Positions 41,699 to 51,211 of a stretch of DNA of 64,000 nt are shown here, piece after piece (position 1 is the first letter of the stretch; each line of letters opens with the position of its first letter). The position numbers and the translations under genes are program-made. The notes beneath the pieces were generated by a model. That model was not told the origin of the DNA and made no database searches. It worked only from the letters and a program-made list of their open reading frames with translations. The stretch covers positions 256,001-320,000 of the forward strand of contig CAWVVV010000002.1 in NCBI GenBank assembly GCA_963933835.1, given 5' to 3'. Source of the stretch: an uncultured Puniceicoccaceae bacterium. GTDB taxonomy: Bacteria > Verrucomicrobiota > Verrucomicrobiia > Opitutales > Oceanipulchritudinaceae.

Positions 41699-42453
41699 CC
41701 GCCGCGATTGAATTCAAAGAGGTAGCGTTTGCCTACCGACAACGTCAGGTGCTGGAGGGCCTTTCATTTAGCATCTCCCCGCACGAGACGGTCTGTTTTG
41801 TCGGACCCAACGGAGGGGGGAAATCGACCGCGCTAAAGCTGATGCTCGGCCTCCTCAGTCCGCAAAAAGGCAGTGTCCGTATCCTTGGCAAAGCGCCGCG
41901 CCGCGCTCAACGCCGGATTGGCTACATGCCTCAAAGTTTAGAATTTGATCCGCTCTTTCCCCTGACAGTCAAAGATGTCGTGCTCGCCGGGCGTTTGAAC
42001 GGAATGCGCCCCGGGTTTTACTCCCGCAATGATCGGCTGATCGCTGCTGGCTGCCTTGATGAAATGGAACTCAGCGGAGTCGCTGAGCATCCAATGGCTG
42101 AGCTCTCAGGAGGCCAACGTCAGCGGGGTTTGATCGCTCGTGCGCTCGCGGTAGAACCAGAGATCCTCTTGCTCGATGAACCGACGGCGATGGTCGATGC
42201 CCATCTTGAGACACGGCTTCTGGAGAAAATTCGGAGCCTCCACCGCCAGTTGACGATTGTATTGGTTTCTCACGACGCCGCGTTCGTCTCGTCCTTAGTC
42301 GAACGTGTTTTTTGCGTTAACACCACCGTCACTGAACATGCCGCCGAGGGTTTGACGGCGGAGACGATGCATGCGCTCTACGGCGACGCGGTCCAAGTCG
42401 TGCGCCATGATCACGACTGCGCTCACGATCACGGGGAGGGCGGCCATGAGTGA
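41695..42453 (+). CDS. znuC: Metal ABC transporter ATP-binding protein
   Basis: GPNGGGKST, LSGGQRQR, LLLDEPT, VSHD, His-rich tail. Confidence 0.92.
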   Translation: MTAAIEFKEVAFAYRQRQVLEGLSFSISPHETVCFVGPNGGGKSTALKLMLGLLSPQKGSVRILGKAPRRAQRRIGYMPQSLEFDPLFPLTVKDVVLAGRLNGMRPGFYSRNDRLIAAGCLDEMELSGVAEHPMAELSGGQRQRGLIARALAVEPEILLLDEPTAMVDAHLETRLLEKIRSLHRQLTIVLVSHDAAFVSSLVERVFCVNTTVTEHAAEGLTAETMHALYGDAVQVVRHDHDCAHDHGEGGHE

Positions 42454-43284
42454 CCTTTTCTCTGGGCCAAATGGCTTTTTATGGCTTGGGCTCTTGGTTG
42501 GACTGGGGGCAAGTTTTGCCTTTGGCAGCCTCGGCTCAATCATCGTCGCGAAGCGGTTGGGTTATCTCGCCGGTGCGGTGGCGCACGCGTCGCTCGGCAG
42601 TATCGGCGTCTGTCTTTATGCTGAACGAGTATTGGGCTGGGCATGGGTGGATCCACTCTGGTGTGGAGCCCTCCTTTCAATGATTGCTGGTCTACTCATG
42701 GAGGTGATCCGGCGCGTCTCCCCAGAGCGCGAAGATACTTTGCTTGGCGCGCTGTGGGCGGTCGGGATGTCAGTCGGCTTGATCTGCCTTTCGCAGACCC
42801 CGGCTACGCAAATCCATCGAGCTATCTTTTCGGCAACTTGCTCTTGGTTTCGACCGGAGACTTGTGGCGTATCCTGATCCTCGATGCGATTCTCTTGGGA
42901 CTGCTTGGCGCCTATTATCCGATCTGGCAGGCCTCTGCTTTTGACGAGGAGTTTGCCCGCCTGCGCGGAGTGAAAGTGGAACTCTTTTCGGCCCTCTTTA
43001 TTGCCCTTGTGAGCCTCAGTGTAGTCCTGCTCTTGTCAGTTGTTGGTCTGCTCTTGGTCGTGGCTTTGATGACGCTGCCAGCCTCGGCTGCTAGCCGGGT
43101 GACGAAGTCGCTTGGAGGTATGATGATCGGCGGTGTTGTGATTTGCGCCATCAGTGTGGTCTCGGGCCTAGCGCTGAGTTATGCCACCGATTGGCCTTCG
43201 GGTCCTTCGATCGTCATTTTTTCTGCCGTGATGTACTTCGCCTTTGCTCAGTTCGGGAGCTGGCGCAGCCGGCGGCAGGCATAA
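42446..43284 (+). CDS. znuB: Metal ABC transporter permease (missing C in C-run at about 42800)
   Basis: AVAHASLG, SYLFGNLL, FDEEFARLRG, VVGLLLVVALMTLP, PSGPSIV. Confidence 0.88.
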
Positions 43285-43311
43285 AAAAACCTCTCCGGTG
43301 ACGGAGAGGTT
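43283..43311 (-). terminator. Intrinsic terminator (possibly bidirectional) between znuB and the small basic protein gene
   Basis: AACCTCTCCG-gtga-CGGAGAGGTT with A7 run on the left. Confidence 0.8.
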
Positions 43312-43340
43312 AGTAAAGTATTTGGAAGCTGCCGAGCTGC

Positions 43341-43499
43341 TTACTCGTCTGGCAACGTCTTCTTCAAACCAAAGACGCCCTTTTCGGCATCCCAATCGCC
43401 GCGCTTGCGGAGCAAAGCAATACGCTCGAAGCGTTTGAGGACATTGCGCTTTTTCTTGGAGCCGCTTCCACCGGCACTGAAACTTGGATGTTGGGACAT
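43341..43499 (-). CDS. PVC-superphylum signature small basic protein (TIGR04137-like; not in ORF track)
   Basis: MSQHPSFSAGGSGSKKKRNVLKRFERIALLRKRGDWDAEKGVFGLKKTLPDE*. Confidence 0.92.
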   Translation of the reverse strand: MSQHPSFSAGGSGSKKKRNVLKRFERIALLRKRGDWDAEKGVFGLKKTLPDE

Positions 43500-43604
43500 G
43501 GTTGGATTCTCCTTGTTGAAAAGAAAAACGGTGAAAACACTCTGGAGAGAAGTCTAGAGCAAGGAAAAACGCGTTTCGTGGCGAATTAGTCTGCTCCCGC
43601 CGCC

Positions 43605-44144
43605 TCAACTGCTCTGCATGCCTGGGTCTAGAATGCGGAGAAAAAACCAGACAAGGACCCCCGTTACCGACACGTAAAGCCAGATCGGATACGTCCAGCG
43701 AGCGACTGCCCGGTGGGCGTCGAAGCGCTTTAGGGCGGCAAAGCTCAGCGTATTGAGAACGAGAGGAAGCGCGATGACTGAGAGCAGGATGTGACTGATC
43801 AGGATGGCGAAATAGATCCCGCGCAGTGCGCCTTCGAGTGTCGTAGGGGTGTCCCCGTGAACCGTGTGGTGAACGAGATAGCCGCCGAGAAAAGTGCCCG
43901 AAGCGATCGTCGCCGCGCACATCGAAATGCCATGGGCGCGCTTCTTGCCTTTCTTGATGAGGATAATCCCAAGGGTCAGAAAGGATGCGCTGGTGGCGTT
44001 ACAGGCGGCATTGAAATGCGGAAGCCAGCTGAGCGCCCCTGCTTCGACGTCTTCGAGGTCGAAGAGGTAGATGAGCCAGATCAGCCCAAGGCAAATGACG
44101 GCACTGAGCCCGATGTTAATCGCGATGAGAAGGCGGTTGGACAT
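43605..44144 (-). CDS. DUF420 (YozB-like) membrane protein
   Basis: LPHFNAACN, YFAILISHILLS, HRAVARWTYPIWLYVSVTG. Confidence 0.92.
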   Translation of the reverse strand: MSNRLLIAINIGLSAVICLGLIWLIYLFDLEDVEAGALSWLPHFNAACNATSASFLTLGIILIKKGKKRAHGISMCAATIASGTFLGGYLVHHTVHGDTPTTLEGALRGIYFAILISHILLSVIALPLVLNTLSFAALKRFDAHRAVARWTYPIWLYVSVTGVLVWFFLRILDPGMQSS

Positions 44145-44177
44145 GGCGCGGTGGAGCTTAAGACGGCGGTGGAGGGT

Positions 44178-45095
44178 TTACGCCTCGTCTCGTATGATGA
44201 GATCGAAGGGGATGAATTGCTCGACCCCGTTGACTGAGAATTGAGCCCAGACTCGGTATTCGCCGGGCTCCTCGACGGAAAAGCGAAACTCCAGTCGCGG
44301 GTCTGCTGGGTCCGGAGCGACGCCGGGCAGTGCGGTCGGGTGAAAGTGTGCGAAGCCAGTGCGGTCTGAACTGAAGGCGACGAGGTGGGCGTAGGCATCC
44401 ATGACCGGGTCGAGGGTCAGGCTTTCGTCGCCTTCGAGCGGATTGATTTCTAAGGTCAGTTCGATTGTTTCCCCGACGACGAGCTTGGATTCGGGGTAGT
44501 TCAACTTGGCGGGAAATGGCAGTGCCTCGATCGATGTCGCCGCGGTTTCAGATCCCTGTGCTGCTTCGACTTGAAATGAGCCGGCAAGGAGCGTGCGCTT
44601 GGCCGTCTTCAGCGGAATGAAATCGAGATAGAAGTCGTAGCTACCTGCGCGCTGCGGGGTGTGGGTAAAGTGATAGCTGCCGAGAGCACCGCCATCGACC
44701 GGATGGAGGTGCTGGTAGTCCGCCAAGGCGTCGTCGATGATCATGGCGTGAATCCGCTCAGTATGGCTCACCGCGATGTCTTCGTAGGCCAGAGGACGCC
44801 CCGTCGAGGTCGCGAGCTGGAGGACGAAGGTCGTTTCCTCGCCGACCCGGGGCGTGCTGAGCGCTTCTAGCTTAAGCGCGACTGGATACTTCAGCTCGTC
44901 GAGATCGAAGAAGCCAACTTCCTCGATTCCGCAGCCTTCAATCACGCCGGCATCATTGATGTAGGCGCCATAGTGAACGACTTCACAGGCTTCGACGGGA
45001 ATCGAGCGCAGGCCTACGTAGGCGCCAAGGCAGGCGCTGGTCAGAACGAAGGTGGTGATCCACTGGCTTTTTGAAAACACAGCGCAATCACACAC
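44178..45095 (-). CDS. Membrane-anchored protein with two His-motif Ig-like (YtkA/FixH-like) repeats, putative metal binding
   Basis: HAMIIDDALADYQHLHP and HLVAFSSDRTGFAHFHP; PGEYRVWAQF. Confidence 0.7.
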   Translation of the reverse strand: MCDCAVFSKSQWITTFVLTSACLGAYVGLRSIPVEACEVVHYGAYINDAGVIEGCGIEEVGFFDLDELKYPVALKLEALSTPRVGEETTFVLQLATSTGRPLAYEDIAVSHTERIHAMIIDDALADYQHLHPVDGGALGSYHFTHTPQRAGSYDFYLDFIPLKTAKRTLLAGSFQVEAAQGSETAATSIEALPFPAKLNYPESKLVVGETIELTLEINPLEGDESLTLDPVMDAYAHLVAFSSDRTGFAHFHPTALPGVAPDPADPRLEFRFSVEEPGEYRVWAQFSVNGVEQFIPFDLIIRDEA

Positions 45096-45154
45096 GATAC
45101 AGGGTGTAGATCAAGCCACACAGCTCGATTTGGGCTGAAAAAGTGGCGTAACGG

Positions 45155-45520
45155 CTATTTCTGTGCCGCTTTGAAGACGCGTCGAGCGAGGCCAATGAGA
45201 CGGCGCCCCGAAACACGGGCTTTAAGGCTCTCCCGCATCATGAAGCCATTGACGTATTTGTGCTGGTAGAAATCCACGTCCCCTCGCACATCGGATATTG
45301 AGATTTTATCCCCCGCTTGCTTGATCAGGAGGTATTCTGCGAAGAAGCTTTCGGGCCGCATTGGTCGAACCAAAGCTCGGAGAAAACGCGCATGCCAGAA
45401 CAGCGTTTGTCTGAGGACGCGTGGTTCAAATTCGTCCACCGAGCAGTCGTAGACTTTGCAATACGCGGTCCTGAAATCGATTTGATTTTCAGAAAGGTAA
45501 GCTGCAGCGGTGTTCGACAT
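45155..45520 (-). CDS. Hypothetical protein
   Basis: 121 aa ORF filling the space, same strand as neighbours. Confidence 0.6.
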   Translation of the reverse strand: MSNTAAAYLSENQIDFRTAYCKVYDCSVDEFEPRVLRQTLFWHARFLRALVRPMRPESFFAEYLLIKQAGDKISISDVRGDVDFYQHKYVNGFMMRESLKARVSGRRLIGLARRVFKAAQK

Positions 45521-45745
45521 GGGAAGTGAGCGTCTCGCTCATGGATAGCTGGCGGAGGATCGAGGAAGGGCTCAGGTTGAATCAACGGTTTGGGGGAGTA
45601 GTCCAAAAATAGAAGTGAGTTATCTTACGTCGCAGTATTGATCTTTCCTCAGGCGATGGCGAAGGAAAAAATTGTTCCTAAATTGTAAAAAAGCACTCTT
45701 CTTCCTCGTTTTACGACGACTTGTCCAGTTCGATATGCGTGAACT

Positions 45746-46921
45746 ATGCAGCGTGGAGAGCCAGTTTTCAGTTTAGCCCTTATTGGAGCCGGGCCGGCCG
45801 GTCTGTCAGCCGTATTCACCGCGCTGCAAAACGGTATCAGCCCGGAGCAAATCTGTCTTTGCGAGCGGGCAGACACACTTCTAGGCGGATGGCGCCACAC
45901 CTCGGTTCCCATCATCGAGAGGATGGACCCCTCGGTGACTTGGCAGTCCGCGCAGGGCGGCCTGAACGACCACTCTTGGCTCGAGGCGCTTGATACCGAG
46001 TCGTCCGCTGTCTTCGATGGTGGCTCCCTGGTTGCACTCCGGAAAACGCTCCTCGAGCAGCTTAATCGGGCAGGCGTGGCGATTCGCACCGGCGCCAAGG
46101 CTCTGGAGATTGGTCGCGATTATAATAACGACTTTCGTGCGTGGTTTGAGAGTGGGGTGCCCATCACCGCCAAGCGCCTCATCATTGCGACCGGTGGCGG
46201 CAAAAATCACGGCTATCGCTGGGCCGAAGAAAAGTCGCTTTCGATTCAGCCCTTTCTTCCTGCCGGGATCAACCTGCGGCTCAAAGAATCGCGCAAACGA
46301 ACGTGGGGCTCCCTCCCTCCGACCAAGGTTCAGGTCGGCCTCGCGTCGATGGACGATCGTGCCGAAGGCTCGATCGAGGGGCCACACCCATGGCTCGGCG
46401 GCACCGCTTTGACGCGTCTCAGCCTATGCGCCCCCGCCGCCCTCGCCGCCGCGAATTATAAAGGCTCGATCCAGATCAACTGGCTTTGCCGCGGGCAAGA
46501 AGGCGTTTCGTCCAAAGAGCTCATGCAGTTCCAGGAGCAGGCCGGCCGCAGGACGCTTGAAGAGTATCCATGGACGGGCTTGGAGAAGACGGTTTGGAAA
46601 ACCCTCCTCCAGCGCGCCCGCGCCGAGCCCTCCGCGTTATGGCGTTCGCTCTCCCAGCGCGAGCTCCAGAACCTCGCCTCTCAGTTCACGCGCGCTCAGT
46701 TCAAATTCGAGGGCTATCGCCTCGACCGGATCGGGGGTCTCGCCGCCGGGGGTCTCGGCCTCGAGGAACTCGTCCCCGGCACCTTCGAATCAAAACGCGA
46801 AGCGGGCCTCTTCTGGATCGGAGAGCTCGTCGATCTCCATGCCTCAGATCCCAACGCCAACCTCTGGCTCGCCCACCTCGCAGGCAAAAACGCCGCCGAT
46901 GCCGTGGCCCATACTCTCTAA
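45746..46921 (+). CDS. Divergent HI0933-family flavoprotein
   Basis: IGAGPAGL, LIIATGG, AGGLGLEEL...FESK...GLFWIGELVD. Confidence 0.75.
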   Translation: MQRGEPVFSLALIGAGPAGLSAVFTALQNGISPEQICLCERADTLLGGWRHTSVPIIERMDPSVTWQSAQGGLNDHSWLEALDTESSAVFDGGSLVALRKTLLEQLNRAGVAIRTGAKALEIGRDYNNDFRAWFESGVPITAKRLIIATGGGKNHGYRWAEEKSLSIQPFLPAGINLRLKESRKRTWGSLPPTKVQVGLASMDDRAEGSIEGPHPWLGGTALTRLSLCAPAALAAANYKGSIQINWLCRGQEGVSSKELMQFQEQAGRRTLEEYPWTGLEKTVWKTLLQRARAEPSALWRSLSQRELQNLASQFTRAQFKFEGYRLDRIGGLAAGGLGLEELVPGTFESKREAGLFWIGELVDLHASDPNANLWLAHLAGKNAADAVAHTL

Positions 46922-46938
46922 ACACGCAGGACGATTCA

Positions 46939-47011
46939 ACCCAACGCCAAGTGGATACAAGAGAGGCTGTCGCGGGACGACGGCAACAAACTGTATCATC
47001 CGACGTATTAG
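46939..47011. mobile_element. Solitary attC-like integron recombination site
   Basis: ACCCAAC-gccaa-GTGGATAC ... GTATCAT-ccgac-GTATTAG with central stem GCTGTCG/CGACGGC; lies 5 nt past the cupin stop. Confidence 0.55.
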
Positions 47012-47016
47012 AAAAA

Positions 47017-47325
47017 TCACTCGCTCATCTGAGCCATGATTTTTCCTACATGGGTAAGCACTTCTTCATGCTCTTTTGTCGGGCTGAAATCAATGAACTT
47101 CAGATCCTTGTCGACGATGGCCGTATGGCCTGCTGGGGCGTAAAATACATCACCCTCTTCAAAGACTTCTTCGTGCCCATCATCGTAAATGAAACGAAAC
47201 GCTCCCTTGAAAACGTAGCCCAAATGCGGGCAGTGGCAGCTGTCATTTGTGAGGCCTTTGAGCAATGGAGTGAAGTCAGTCCCTTGCGGGAGTTCATGGA
47301 AGTTTGCATCCATGTTCCCGAATCC
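47017..47325 (-). pseudogene. Cupin-domain protein, probably 5'-truncated
   Basis: GTDFTPLLKGL, CHCPHLGY, GDVFYAPAGH; in-frame TGA four codons upstream of the ATG at 47313. Confidence 0.7.
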
Positions 47326-47624
47326 CCATCAAACAGAGTTCCTTCAATGGATAACACATCATTGCGGCTACGCTCTATTATGAACTCTTCTCGATCCCAT
47401 GTTGAGTTGGGCAGCCCCTTGAAAAGGGAGCCATCAGTGGCTTCGCTGATTATTGTCGGCGAAGGCTGACCCAAGAAGTGTCTGACACCTGGTCTTGCTG
47501 CCGCGTCATCCGGAATGGGGTATTGAAGCGCTGAAATAGTAGATACCCTAAGTATTGCGATAGTCACTATCGATACGCAGATACCGACGATCGAAACAGT
47601 CACACATAGCTTCCGAGTATTCAT
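47326..47624 (-). pseudogene. 5' fragment of a membrane-anchored hypothetical gene running into the cupin gene out of frame
   Basis: MNTRKLCVTVSIVGICVSIVTIAIL...LFKGLPNSTWDREE; downstream text is only the shadow frame of the cupin. Confidence 0.45.
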
Positions 47625-47660
47625 TCTACTATGAATTAAACGGAACATGACCCCATTTTA

Positions 47661-48473
47661 TTATTTCGAGCGCTGGCGCACGGCTTCGAAGAGAGCGATG
47701 CCGGCGGTGACGCTGACGTTGAGGCTATCGGTGATACCCGACATCGGCAGCTTCGCGGGACGGCAGGGGGCCTCGAGCCATTCCTGCGAGAGCCCTTTGT
47801 CTTCGGGTCCGAGGACGAGCGCGGTGGGGGCCTTTAGGTCGATGTCCCAGAGTTGATCCTCGGCGTGAGGGGTCAGGGTGACGGGCTGGATGTGCTGTTC
47901 TTCAAGAAAGAGGAGGGCTTCAGCGCTGCTTGTTTCAACGATGGGGAGGTCGAAGAAAGCGCCTTGGGAGGCGCGGATGGCGTTTGGATTGTAAACGTCG
48001 CAGACGGCATCGCAGAGGATGAGGGCATCGGCCCCGGCGGCGTTGGCCGAGCGCATGAGGGCTCCGAGGTTGCCAGGTTTCTCGACCCCTTGAGCGATTA
48101 GGAGAAAGGCGGGTTTACTAAGAGTAAGGTCTTCGAGTGAGCGGGGGCGCTCGGGGGCGATGCCGAGGAGGCCATCGGGGTTTTCCCGGTAGGCGGCTTT
48201 GGCGAAGACGCTCTTGCTCAGTTGCACGACTTCGATCGAGCGTTCGCTGGCTTTCTCGACGAGGTCCATCGCATCCGGTCGCAGAAAGCTTTCGGGCGCA
48301 AAGAAGAGGGTGCTGAGTTCCCATCCGCTTTCGATCGCGCGCTCGAGTTCACGTTCTCCCTCGATGAGGAAGCAGCCCGCACGGCGGCGGTGGCGGGCGT
48401 CGCGCAGCCGGACAAGGTCTTTGACCCGTGGGTTTTGCAGACTGGTGATGAGATTGGGCGGCGAAGAAGACAT
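47661..48473 (-). CDS. TrmH/SpoU family RNA methyltransferase
   Basis: ITSLQNPRVK, EKPGNLGALMRSA, GPEDKGL, SLNVSV; ATG at 48473. Confidence 0.94.
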   Translation of the reverse strand: MSSSPPNLITSLQNPRVKDLVRLRDARHRRRAGCFLIEGERELERAIESGWELSTLFFAPESFLRPDAMDLVEKASERSIEVVQLSKSVFAKAAYRENPDGLLGIAPERPRSLEDLTLSKPAFLLIAQGVEKPGNLGALMRSANAAGADALILCDAVCDVYNPNAIRASQGAFFDLPIVETSSAEALLFLEEQHIQPVTLTPHAEDQLWDIDLKAPTALVLGPEDKGLSQEWLEAPCRPAKLPMSGITDSLNVSVTAGIALFEAVRQRSK

Positions 48474-48614
48474 CGGTGGGCTTGCTGATGAGTGAGGATA
48501 AAAACCCGCCAGCCGACGAGCTGATTTCGAGCGAAGATATGCGTCCTTGCCAGATACGTGCGGAATGGCATCTTCCGCCGACAAGTTGGCCCTGCCAATT
48601 TCACTGCCACGATT

Positions 48615-49832
48615 GTGAGACTTCCGAAAAAATTCGTCCCCGAACCCTTTGCCTATCACGAGGAGGTAGAGCTGGAGATCAATGACCTGACAAACCTCGG
48701 TGAAGGCGTTGGCCGCATCGACGATTGGGTCGTGATGGTGCCCTTTGCGCTCCCCGGTGAGCGTGTGAAAGCTCGCATCTGGCGGAACAAAACGAATTAC
48801 TCCGACGCCGATCTCGTCGAAGTCCTGAAGGCCTCGCCGGATCGCGTCGAGCCACCCTGTGCGCTCTTTCAAGAGTGTGGCGGTTGTCAGTATCAGCACC
48901 TCAGCTATGAGGCGCAGTGGCGGTGGAAGACAGCGCAGATCGTTGAGCTCATGCGCCGTTTGGCGGGCTTGGAAATTGAAGTCCAGCCGTGCCGGGGTTC
49001 AACTGAGGCCTACGGTTATCGCTCTAAGCTGACGCCGCATTACCAGCGGCCCAAAGATGGGAAAATGGGCCCGATTGGCTTTCTTCGCTATTCAAGTCGT
49101 TCGATCATCGATGTGGAGCAATGCCCGATTGCCCGCCCATTGATTAATGAACGGCTGACTGAAGAGCGCGCTCTTATGCACGCGATGCCACCTAAAAAGG
49201 GCAAGGGCGGCACACTCCTCCTGCGCGAAGGCGACGATGGGGTGACGACGGACAACAAAGACCTGCGCACGGGATCGGTGGGCGATAAGCGCTTCCAGTT
49301 CATCGCGGGGGAGTTTTTCCAGAACAATCCCTACGTTTTGCCGTTGCTCGTGGAGTACGCGCTCGACGAGTCGGAGAAGGGTGGAGAGCGCTATTTTGTC
49401 GATGCTTACTGCGGTGTCGGGGTCTTCGGAATTTGTGGAGCGGAGCGCTTTGAGGCGGTGGCCGGCATCGAGGTGAGTCCACCCGCCGTCGCGCTGGCAC
49501 AAGCCAATGCGGCGCTCAATGGGGTAAAAAACGCCGATTTTCTCATCGGTTCGGCTGAGGCGATTTTCGAGGAACTGAAATTCCCTGCCGCTGAAACGTG
49601 CGTTTTGATGGATCCACCCCGCCGTGGCTCAGACGAACTATTTCTTTCGCAGCTCGTTGCCTATGGGCCGAAGCGCGTCGTCTACGTCAGTTGTGGCCCC
49701 GATACGCAGGCGCGTGATCTGCGCTACCTGATCGATCGCGGCTACCGTGTGGAGCGCATTCAGCCCTTTGACCTCTTCCCGCAAACTCGCCACATCGAGA
49801 ACGTTGTCACCCTGGTAAAGGAACCAGCGTAA
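48615..49832 (+). CDS. rlmD: RlmD/TrmA-family RNA (uracil-5)-methyltransferase with TRAM domain
   Basis: CALFQECGGCQYQH, FFQNN, DAYCGVG, DPPRRG, YVSC, DLFPQTRHIE; GTG start inferred. Confidence 0.9.
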   Translation: MRLPKKFVPEPFAYHEEVELEINDLTNLGEGVGRIDDWVVMVPFALPGERVKARIWRNKTNYSDADLVEVLKASPDRVEPPCALFQECGGCQYQHLSYEAQWRWKTAQIVELMRRLAGLEIEVQPCRGSTEAYGYRSKLTPHYQRPKDGKMGPIGFLRYSSRSIIDVEQCPIARPLINERLTEERALMHAMPPKKGKGGTLLLREGDDGVTTDNKDLRTGSVGDKRFQFIAGEFFQNNPYVLPLLVEYALDESEKGGERYFVDAYCGVGVFGICGAERFEAVAGIEVSPPAVALAQANAALNGVKNADFLIGSAEAIFEELKFPAAETCVLMDPPRRGSDELFLSQLVAYGPKRVVYVSCGPDTQARDLRYLIDRGYRVERIQPFDLFPQTRHIENVVTLVKEPA

Positions 49833-49956
49833 GCACTTTTTATGGGATGAAAGGCGATGAGCGCCCTCTATTCCATTGAAATGTCCGCGTTGAAACGCGG
49901 TTGCGTCGCAGCGGTAGCTACACCAGTATAATCCTAATTTTTTACGTCTAGCCTCT

Positions 49957-50466
49957 ATGCATCAGCTGATAGAAGACAACCTCACCTGCCTCGAGCAAGG
50001 CATCCAGTTTCTTGGATGCTTGCCTGCTGAGCTCTACACGACGCCTAGTACGGTGTGTTTTGGTAGCGCAATCGGAGGTCATTTTCGACATAACATTGAT
50101 CACTACCAGCAGCTCCTCGACGGGATCGCGAAGGGCCGCGTGAACTATGATGCTCGCTCGCGAGATATCGAAGTGGAAACGCAGATCTCGGTGGCGATCG
50201 GCGCGCTTTGGTCGCTCAAGGGTGGGCTTTCCGCCCTCACGATTGAAGCCGACGACGGGACCGCGCTCGAAGTCATCATGGATGGCGGGGTTGAGGCGCA
50301 ATCCACGCGTTCCAGCCTTTCGCGCGAACTCCAGTTTCTCATCAGCCACACGATTCACCACTACGCCTTGATCGTGACGATCTCGCAGACCCAAGACTTT
50401 GCTGAATTTCCGGCTGATTTTGGGGTGGCTCCTTCGACGCTGAAGTTTCGCTCCCAATCAGCTTAA
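49957..50466 (+). CDS. DinB/YfiT-superfamily protein
   Basis: IGGHFRHNIDHY, NYDARSR, RELQFLISHTIHHYALI, FGVAPST; TATAAT at 49927. Confidence 0.88.
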   Translation: MHQLIEDNLTCLEQGIQFLGCLPAELYTTPSTVCFGSAIGGHFRHNIDHYQQLLDGIAKGRVNYDARSRDIEVETQISVAIGALWSLKGGLSALTIEADDGTALEVIMDGGVEAQSTRSSLSRELQFLISHTIHHYALIVTISQTQDFAEFPADFGVAPSTLKFRSQSA

Positions 50467-50469
50467 GCG

Positions 50470-51201
50470 ATGTGCACCGTTTCTTGGTCTATAGAAAAGG
50501 GCGGATATTGCCTATTCTTCAATCGCGATGAGCAGCTTACGCGCGCACCCGCTGAGGCGCCCATAGAGTGGGCCGATGAGGCAGGCATATTCTACGGCCC
50601 TAAAGATCCGGTCGGCCGCGGAACGTGGATTGGGGTTAATCCTCAGGGATGGACCTCCGCTGTCTTGAATTATTACGACGCGACTATCGAAGGGCTTGAG
50701 AAGCGCCCAAAGAGTCGAGGCGAATTGGTCAGGTCATTGGCACCGTTGACGGATAACCGACTTGTCAAAGCGGCGCTTTCGAAGCTGGCGAAGAAGGACT
50801 TCGCACCCTTTCACTTTTTGCGGGTTTCGCCCACCGGCGAGGGGAGCCTTTGGACCTCAAATGGCAAGAAATTGAGTGCGTCTGTCGTCGCGACGGAAAG
50901 CCTCCCGCTCACGACGTCTTCGGTCGATACCGAGCGGGTGACCGAGCGGCGCAAGGCGATCTATTCCTCCCTGAATGCGGGGGGCGCTACGTCGGCCGAT
51001 TCTCTGAAGATGTTTCACCGCTATTTTGATACTTCTGATCCCGCAGCGAGCGTGAGCATGCGCCGCGAAGATGCAGAAACGGTCAGCCTGTCTGAGATTT
51101 TCGTGAAGGCGAAGCTGATCACGTTCGACTACCACGAACGAGCAGATGAAGGCACGGGGTTTAAGTCGCCGGTTAGCCTGAAGATTCAACGGATCAAATA
51201 G
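50470..51201 (+). CDS. NRDE/TANGO2 family protein
   Basis: MCTVSW, FNRDE, PKDPVGRGTWIG, SRGELV, TVS. Confidence 0.92.
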   Translation: MCTVSWSIEKGGYCLFFNRDEQLTRAPAEAPIEWADEAGIFYGPKDPVGRGTWIGVNPQGWTSAVLNYYDATIEGLEKRPKSRGELVRSLAPLTDNRLVKAALSKLAKKDFAPFHFLRVSPTGEGSLWTSNGKKLSASVVATESLPLTTSSVDTERVTERRKAIYSSLNAGGATSADSLKMFHRYFDTSDPAASVSMRREDAETVSLSEIFVKAKLITFDYHERADEGTGFKSPVSLKIQRIK

Positions 51202-51211
51202 AGCCGCGCGG

